From Candidatus Parcubacteria bacterium (GTDB lineage: Bacteria > Patescibacteriota > Minisyncoccia > Phycocordibacterales > UBA918): a stretch of 39,999 bases of DNA. The DNA lies in assembly GCA_021767645.1 (NCBI GenBank), contig JAASSY010000003.1, positions 1-39,999 on the forward strand, read 5' to 3'. The notes beneath the pieces are model-generated. The model was not told the DNA's origin. It searched no databases and saw only the letters and a program-made list of their open reading frames with translations. Position 1 is the first letter of the stretch, and each line of letters opens with the position of its first letter. The translations under genes were made by a program, and so were the position numbers. This document shows, one piece after another, positions 34,689 through 39,999 of the stretch.

Positions 34689-35150
34689 ATGTTGAAATAC
34701 ACTCTATTCATCTTCGCAGTGCTCGTGGCCAACGTGGCCTTTTGGTATGCTGGCGGTCCAACACTGTGGCAATCGGCACCCGCACCATCTTCTGGCAGCA
34801 ACGCATCGCCAGCTGTGGTCGACGCCTTTATTTTTACTTTACAAGAAGAGGTGAATAAGAAAACTGGCCAACCGATCGAAGGTTACGAACCGGCCATGTT
34901 TTTGGCGGTATTTCCTGGTTTAACGAAGAGTGATTTTGCTGGGGTAGACGCTAGTATTGGCACGTATCAGTTTGCCAACGGGCAGCTGCGTCTGGATATG
35001 GACGGGGCAGAACTCGTTCACTCTGCTGCTGGTGCTGTTACGCGCCAAGGGATGGAGACACTACTATATAACGTCGGCGAGCGCATTGGGGTAGATGTAC
35101 GAGGTGACGGTACGCTGACTGATGTCATGCGGTACTTGATTGAGCAGTAA
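34689..35150 (+). CDS. Hypothetical exported/membrane-anchored protein
   Basis: Hydrophobic N-terminus from ATG 34689, preceded by TATACT. Confidence 0.78.
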   Translation: MLKYTLFIFAVLVANVAFWYAGGPTLWQSAPAPSSGSNASPAVVDAFIFTLQEEVNKKTGQPIEGYEPAMFLAVFPGLTKSDFAGVDASIGTYQFANGQLRLDMDGAELVHSAAGAVTRQGMETLLYNVGERIGVDVRGDGTLTDVMRYLIEQ

Positions 35151-35152
35151 CT

Positions 35153-35530
35153 TTAGGCCGCCCAAAGTCCCAACCAGGCGCCCAGATAGTGGACTACCAC
35201 GTAAAGAAAGAAGATGTAGCCGAGTACGCCGGCGATGAGTGCCAGGGCTACGTAATTGATAATCTCGTTGCGACGACGCTTTGCTTCGTCGATGGTACAA
35301 ATACCTTTTTGTCGAGTGAGGTATAGATAGATTGCGGTGAGTAGTGCTACGAGTCCAACGCCACGGAAGGCCCATTTATACTCACCGTAGAGCGTGTCAG
35401 CTAAGGATGAAGCAAAGCTAACGGTAGACAAACCCAGTAAGACAAAAATAAGTGGCGAGAGGCAACAGAGTGAAGCAATGATGACAGGAACGCCGCTTAC
35501 TCGAAGCAGGTCTTTAATGTATTGTTTCAT
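35153..35530 (-). CDS. MerT-like three-TM metal transporter
   Basis: IASLCCLSPL Cys pair in TM1, three TM segments, Cys in the cytoplasmic loop. Confidence 0.65.
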   Translation of the reverse strand: MKQYIKDLLRVSGVPVIIASLCCLSPLIFVLLGLSTVSFASSLADTLYGEYKWAFRGVGLVALLTAIYLYLTRQKGICTIDEAKRRRNEIINYVALALIAGVLGYIFFLYVVVHYLGAWLGLWAA

Positions 35531-35553
35531 ATACACTTAGTATGCCATAACCG

Positions 35554-35582
35554 TTGCTGTTTTGCGGTAAATACCGTATAGT
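35554..35582 (+). promoter_or_regulatory. Promoter for the detached fusA
   Basis: TTGCTG-N17-TATAGT, followed by a structured leader (GCGCGGCGCC-AAC-GGCGCCGCGC). Confidence 0.55.
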
Positions 35583-35719
35583 ACTGCCGATTGAACTCAG
35601 GAACACTGAGTCATGTCTCTTTCGCAGGAAAAGGTGCGCGGCGCCAACGGCGCCGCGCCCTGTGTACCGCGTAAAGGGAGGTCAGGTATTAACACAATAT
35701 ATAAGTAATTATAATTAGT

Positions 35720-37885
35720 ATGGCTAGGGAATTCCCAATCGAAAAGATGCGTAACTTCGGTATTGTTGCGCACGTGGACGCGGGTAAGACAACAACGTCT
35801 GAGCGCGTACTCTTTTATACCGGTATGAGTCACAAAATTGGCGAGGTACACGACGGTGCCACCGTGACCGACTGGATGGAACAGGAACGTGAGCGCGGTA
35901 TCACTATTACTGCGGCGGCGATTTCGTGTCACTGGACAAAAACGATGGAAGAGGACCGCAAGAACAAGGACCTCATGACAACGTTTAACATCATTGATAC
36001 GCCAGGACACATTGACTTTACTGCTGAAGTAAAACGGTCGATGCGAGTGCTCGACGGAGCGGTAGTTGTGTTTGACGGAGCGGCTGGTGTGGAACCTCAG
36101 ACTGAGACTAACTGGGGCTACGCTGATGAAGCTGGTGTCCCACGACTGTGTTTTGTAAACAAAATGGACAAGCTCGGTGCCGACTACGATGCGTCGATTA
36201 AGTCTATCCACGACCGACTGTCACCAAAGGCAGTACGTATCCAGCTGCCTATTGGCAAGGAAGACACACTATCTGGTGTGGTTGACCTCATTACCATGAA
36301 GGCCTACCGTTTTGCCGGCACGATGGGTATGGACGTGACCGAAGAGGAGATCCCAGCCGATATGCAGGAAGAAGCCGAAAAGTGGCGTGCTGAGCTTATC
36401 GAACAGGTGGTAGCCCACGATGACGACATGATGGAAGCGTACCTTGGTGGTGAAGAGCCAAGTAACGAAGACTTGAAAAAAGTGTTACGAAAAGCAGTAC
36501 TCGCCAACGAAATCTTCCCTGTACTGACTGGTTCTGCCCTGAAAAACATTGGCGTCCAGCTCGTTCTTGACGCAGTGGTAGACTATCTGCCGGCCCCAAC
36601 CGACCTCCCGCCGGTAGAAGGTACCAACCCGAAGACTGAAGAAAGTATCCAACGCCTTCCGTCAGACGATGAGCCATTCTCTGCGCTGGCCTTTAAGCTC
36701 CAGGATGATAAGTTCGTGGGACAGCTAGCCTTCTTCCGGGTGTACTCTGGTACCGTGCAGGCTGGTTCATACATCCTCAACTCTTCAACCGGCAATAAAG
36801 AACGTGTGGGGCGTATTGTGCGCCTGATGGCCGACAAGCGTGAAGAAGTTGATGAAGTACACGCTGGAGAGATTGCCGCGGCAGTAGGTATTAAAGAGGT
36901 AAAAACTTCACACACCCTCTGTGCCGAGAGTGATCCAATTGTACTTGAGCAGATTACCTTCCCGAAACCAGTGGTAGCCGTTCGAGTTGAGCCAAAAACG
37001 AAGAACGACCAGGAGAAGATGAGTACCGCTTTGAAGCGATTGGCTGATGAAGACCCAACCTTCACTGTTTCAACTGACGAGGAAACCCTCGAGACCATTA
37101 TTGCTGGTATGGGTGAGCTTCACCTCGACATTATTGTCGACCGCATGAAACGTGAGTTTGGTGTAGAAGCCAACATCGGTGCACCACAGGTGGCGTACCG
37201 TGAGACAATTCAGCGCGAAGCTGAAGCAGAGCACAAGTACGTCAAGCAGTCTGGTGGTCGTGGTCAGTACGGACACGTGAAAATCCGCATCAAACCAATG
37301 GAAGAGTTGGCGACCGATGCAGACGGCGAAGATGTAAAAGTAGCGAAAAACGTCACCCGCGAAGATCACTTCGAGTTCATCGACAACATCAAGGGTGGTG
37401 TGATTCCAGGTGAATTTATCCCAGCGGTTATGAAGGGGGCAAAAGAAGCTATGAGCCGTGGGTTTGTCGCCGGTTACCGCATGGAAGATATTTCGGTAGA
37501 ACTGTTTGACGGTTCTTACCACGACGTCGACTCGAGTGAAGTAGCTTTCCGTCTAGCAGCGATTAACGCCTTTAAAGACGCTGCCGCAAAAGCTGGTCCA
37601 GTTATCTTGGAACCGATTATGAAAGTAGAAGTTCGGACACCGGAAGAATACATGGGTGATATCAACGGTAACCTCTCCAGTAAGCGTGGTCAGGTAGAAG
37701 GTACCGAAGAAATGGGCGGTAAGACTATCGTCCACGCCAAAGTACCATTGGCCGAGCTGTTTGGGTACACCAACACGCTCCGTTCGATGACACAAGGCCG
37801 AGCTTCCATGACGATGGAGTTTGATCACTACGACGTGGTGCCGCCAAACGTCGCCGAAGACATTAAGAAGGCAAGGGGCGTCTAA
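35720..37885 (+). CDS. fusA: Elongation factor G
   Basis: [56 protein letters not shown]. Confidence 0.99.
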   Translation: MAREFPIEKMRNFGIVAHVDAGKTTTSERVLFYTGMSHKIGEVHDGATVTDWMEQERERGITITAAAISCHWTKTMEEDRKNKDLMTTFNIIDTPGHIDFTAEVKRSMRVLDGAVVVFDGAAGVEPQTETNWGYADEAGVPRLCFVNKMDKLGADYDASIKSIHDRLSPKAVRIQLPIGKEDTLSGVVDLITMKAYRFAGTMGMDVTEEEIPADMQEEAEKWRAELIEQVVAHDDDMMEAYLGGEEPSNEDLKKVLRKAVLANEIFPVLTGSALKNIGVQLVLDAVVDYLPAPTDLPPVEGTNPKTEESIQRLPSDDEPFSALAFKLQDDKFVGQLAFFRVYSGTVQAGSYILNSSTGNKERVGRIVRLMADKREEVDEVHAGEIAAAVGIKEVKTSHTLCAESDPIVLEQITFPKPVVAVRVEPKTKNDQEKMSTALKRLADEDPTFTVSTDEETLETIIAGMGELHLDIIVDRMKREFGVEANIGAPQVAYRETIQREAEAEHKYVKQSGGRGQYGHVKIRIKPMEELATDADGEDVKVAKNVTREDHFEFIDNIKGGVIPGEFIPAVMKGAKEAMSRGFVAGYRMEDISVELFDGSYHDVDSSEVAFRLAAINAFKDAAAKAGPVILEPIMKVEVRTPEEYMGDINGNLSSKRGQVEGTEEMGGKTIVHAKVPLAELFGYTNTLRSMTQGRASMTMEFDHYDVVPPNVAEDIKKARGV

Positions 37886-38160
37886 GGGTCTTTAGAGAAA
37901 GTGACCACTTTCGGCTCTTAGATGAGACGGAGCGATGTTTTCTGCTCGTTACTAGAGCAGAAAACCAGCGAGTCGGGTGAGACAGCCTGAGAGGCTGTTG
38001 CAAGAGGTTGCCTGCGATTTTGCAGGATGAAAAATAGCAACAACCTGTACTGCTTATGTAAGAAGAACAAGTACTTAGTAAAATGCCGCGCCAGCGGCTA
38101 TTTTACTTAGAAACCAGTGGGTCAAGGGTCTGGAAAGCAGTGGAGTTTGGTTTCTGTGAA
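37879..38160 (+). other. Hairpin-dense non-coding element after fusA
   Basis: Successive stems CGTCTAAGGGTC/GGCTCTTAGATG, GTTTTCTGCTC/GAGCAGAAAAC, ACAGCCT/AGGCTGT, CCTGC/GCAGG, AGTAAAAT-GCCGC/GCGGC-ATTTTACT. Confidence 0.6.
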
Positions 38161-38251
38161 AAAATACTCATAAAACGCCTGCGTCAAGTGCATAGGGTTT
38201 CGTGGATAACTCATCGCTGTGTCAAGCCTCTAAGGTAGTAGAATTGAGAGT

Positions 38252-39364
38252 ATGAAATATATTGCATACAATCTACCCACCACATTACTCGTATTCGCAG
38301 CGATACTTTTTACTAGCACATTCTTTTTTTTAGTAGGCACAACACCAGCTGTAGCAGCTCCGTCAGACTATCCTACAGAACTCACTGGCTATATATGGGC
38401 TGGTACTCAAGATGCTGCTGATGGTACTGCGCAAGGTATTGGCTGGATCTCACTTAACTGTGAAAACGAATCGCCGTCTTGTCCAGTTGACTACGGAGTG
38501 GAGATTACCGACGGTGGTTCTGACGTTAATGGCTACCTACTACAAGGCGAAGCGTGGGCAGGCGGAGCAACCAGTTCTATCGGCTGGGTCACCTTTGAAC
38601 CTAGCGACTGTCCAGCTCAAGACCCGACTGATTGTCGAGCTCGGTTAAATCCAGTTACACTAGAGTTCACAGGTTGGGCTCGTGCTTGTTCAGTATATGT
38701 AAGTGGCTGTTCTGGTGCTCTTAAGTCAAATGCAGATAAGTTAGCTGATTGGGACGGCTGGATTTCACTAAATAGTGCAAATCACAGCGGTGCTATCTCA
38801 TACGGAGTAGCGATAAATGGTGCTGGAACAAATTTTGATCCAGCCAGTTGGGCGTGGGGTTCAAATGTCCTGGGACAAGTAGGTTCATGGGGTATGGCAG
38901 GTCTACGTAGTCGAGGCGGTCCTGGTGACCCGGATGATGGTCTGGCTTGTGTGGCAGAGCAAGGTACGACGTATGAGTGTATTGGTAATATATCTTCTTC
39001 AACAACAGTGTATCCATCCTGTTATACTGAGACAGATTCAATTGACTGCACAAGTAGTGGTGATGTGTGCAACCCAAGCACCGGTCAATGCGTTGCCAGC
39101 TTCACTGCTTCCGGAACGATCGAGGTATCACCGTCAATCGCACGGCGCGGGAGTGACGTAGAGGTTACTTGGAGCGGTGTTACCGGAGCCGGAGCCAGTT
39201 GTGAGGTTGCTGTTTCTGACGGCGGCTCGATTCCGATTGCAGCAGCAGACGGTTCAGACACGTACACCATTAACGCCAACATTACTACGTTCACGATTGA
39301 GTGTAATGGTATGCCGGGTGACAGTGTGACGGTCGAGGCCATCGGTACCTCATTTGAGTCCTAA
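38252..39364 (+). CDS. Secreted Cys/Trp/Gly-rich surface protein with internal G.AW...IGWI repeats and C-terminal Ig-like domain
   Basis: Signal peptide (PAVA-A); GYIW..IGWISLN, GEAW..IGWVTF, GWA..GWISLN, SWAWG; paired cysteines. Confidence 0.82.
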   Translation: MKYIAYNLPTTLLVFAAILFTSTFFFLVGTTPAVAAPSDYPTELTGYIWAGTQDAADGTAQGIGWISLNCENESPSCPVDYGVEITDGGSDVNGYLLQGEAWAGGATSSIGWVTFEPSDCPAQDPTDCRARLNPVTLEFTGWARACSVYVSGCSGALKSNADKLADWDGWISLNSANHSGAISYGVAINGAGTNFDPASWAWGSNVLGQVGSWGMAGLRSRGGPGDPDDGLACVAEQGTTYECIGNISSSTTVYPSCYTETDSIDCTSSGDVCNPSTGQCVASFTASGTIEVSPSIARRGSDVEVTWSGVTGAGASCEVAVSDGGSIPIAAADGSDTYTINANITTFTIECNGMPGDSVTVEAIGTSFES

Positions 39365-39392
39365 CAAATTATACGCATAAACGATTCACACT

Positions 39393-39758
39393 ATGAATTT
39401 CAACACGCCAATGCTTCCAGCCGTCAAGTTTGCCATCGTCATTGTGCTAGCAATAGCGGTTGTGATCTACGCCCAAGTAGTATGGCAGCAGTACCAAGAA
39501 AGTCAGCAGGTAGTAGAGAATGAAGTCACTGAACCGATAGTTGATACAAGTCCACAGCCCACCGGTAGTCTGACCGATGCAGAACGCCAAGCAGCTTTTG
39601 CGGAGCTACGACAACAAATCGGCACGTCGACCATGACTGATGCAGAACGCCAAGCAGCCTTCGAGCGTCTTAGAGCTGAACAGACTGCCTCAGGTGCAGT
39701 CTTGACTGATGCAGAACGCCAAGCAGCTTTTGCGGAGCTGCGTGCACAGCAAAACTAG
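39393..39758 (+). CDS. Membrane-anchored protein with three TDAERQAAF repeats
   Basis: N-terminal TM segment; three near-identical helical repeats. Confidence 0.8.
   Translation: MNFNTPMLPAVKFAIVIVLAIAVVIYAQVVWQQYQESQQVVENEVTEPIVDTSPQPTGSLTDAERQAAFAELRQQIGTSTMTDAERQAAFERLRAEQTASGAVLTDAERQAAFAELRAQQN
39570..39745 (+). repeat. Three intragenic repeats (starting 39570, 39633, 39702)
   Basis: Core GATGCAGAACGCCAAGCAGC is identical in all three copies. Confidence 0.9.
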
Positions 39759-39789
39759 TCGTTGTACGTAGAGTCGTCAAAACTACAAA

Positions 39790-39816
39790 AAACGAGCTGC
39801 CCCGGGCAGCTCGTTT
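39790..39816 (+). terminator. Intrinsic terminator
   Basis: AAACGAGCTGCC..GGCAGCTCGTTT. Confidence 0.85.
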
Positions 39817-39866
39817 CTGTGTAAAACTGAGTTGTTATATGTCCTGTAAGGTTATACTAACAGTAT

Positions 39867-39999
39867 ATGAAAAATTTATCTTTCCTCATCATCGCCGTTA
39901 CGTTACTCATCGGTCTTGACTACGTCGGCGCGTGGACCGCACCGACAAATAACCCGCCAAACCAAAATGTAGCCGCTCCGGTGCATACTGGCACTGCCA
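39867..39999 (+). CDS. Partial secreted protein running off the window (MKNLSFLIIAVTLLIGLDYVGAWTAPTNNPPNQNVAAPVHTG...)
   Basis: TATACT 8 nt upstream; signal peptide then a W..P...PP..NV.AP motif; open to the window end. Confidence 0.75.
   Translation, partial: MKNLSFLIIAVTLLIGLDYVGAWTAPTNNPPNQNVAAPVHTGTA

Noticed and set aside
13-37828. Numerous antisense and alternate-frame ORFs (e.g. 13-609, 3325-3894, 10356-10976, 30240-30833, 35597-36211)
   Set aside because: They are shadows of well-supported genes, with Ser/Arg-rich composition and no motifs.
38200-38212. DnaA box / replication origin
   Set aside because: A single imperfect GTGGATAA, with no cluster of boxes and no dnaA nearby.
1-39999. 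Alternative genetic code (TGA = Gly, as in Gracilibacteria)
   Set aside because: Conserved genes are intact under code 11, and recJ and the YbaK gene end at TGA at the expected lengths.

Overview
This is a 40-kb chromosomal segment from a small-genome bacterium using the standard code (TGA = stop). Gene content and protein features suggest Patescibacteria/CPR, Parcubacteria-like; this is an inference. The core genes are mscS, tRNA-Gly(TCC), HU, rny, clpP, tig, ppa, nusA, a type IV pilus block (pilB, pilC, three pilin-like genes), tpiA, pgk, recJ, rnhA, a split comEC around a SOD gene, rpmB, and a broken str operon (rpsL-rpsG, ~4.9 kb of unrelated genes, then fusA with no tuf after it). No integrase, transposase or CRISPR-cas was found. 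The most unusual signals are non-coding. (1) The tRNA-Gly trailer contains an INVERTED copy of the tRNA's own 3' end, split by a hairpin and followed by AGACGGAG; a fold-back plus AGACGGAG recurs over the fusA stop codon. (2) Three 44-nt units lie downstream of tig, with fixed ends and a compensatorily replaced 8-bp stem, and they share a GTGAA-N23-TGAGGAA frame with the tRNA trailer. (3) A TrpR-like gene is bracketed by two copies of the same perfect 20-bp palindrome. (4) Several tiny orphan genes carry their own promoter and a strong Shine-Dalgarno, whereas many core genes look leaderless. All assignments come from motif recognition by eye; no searches were run.
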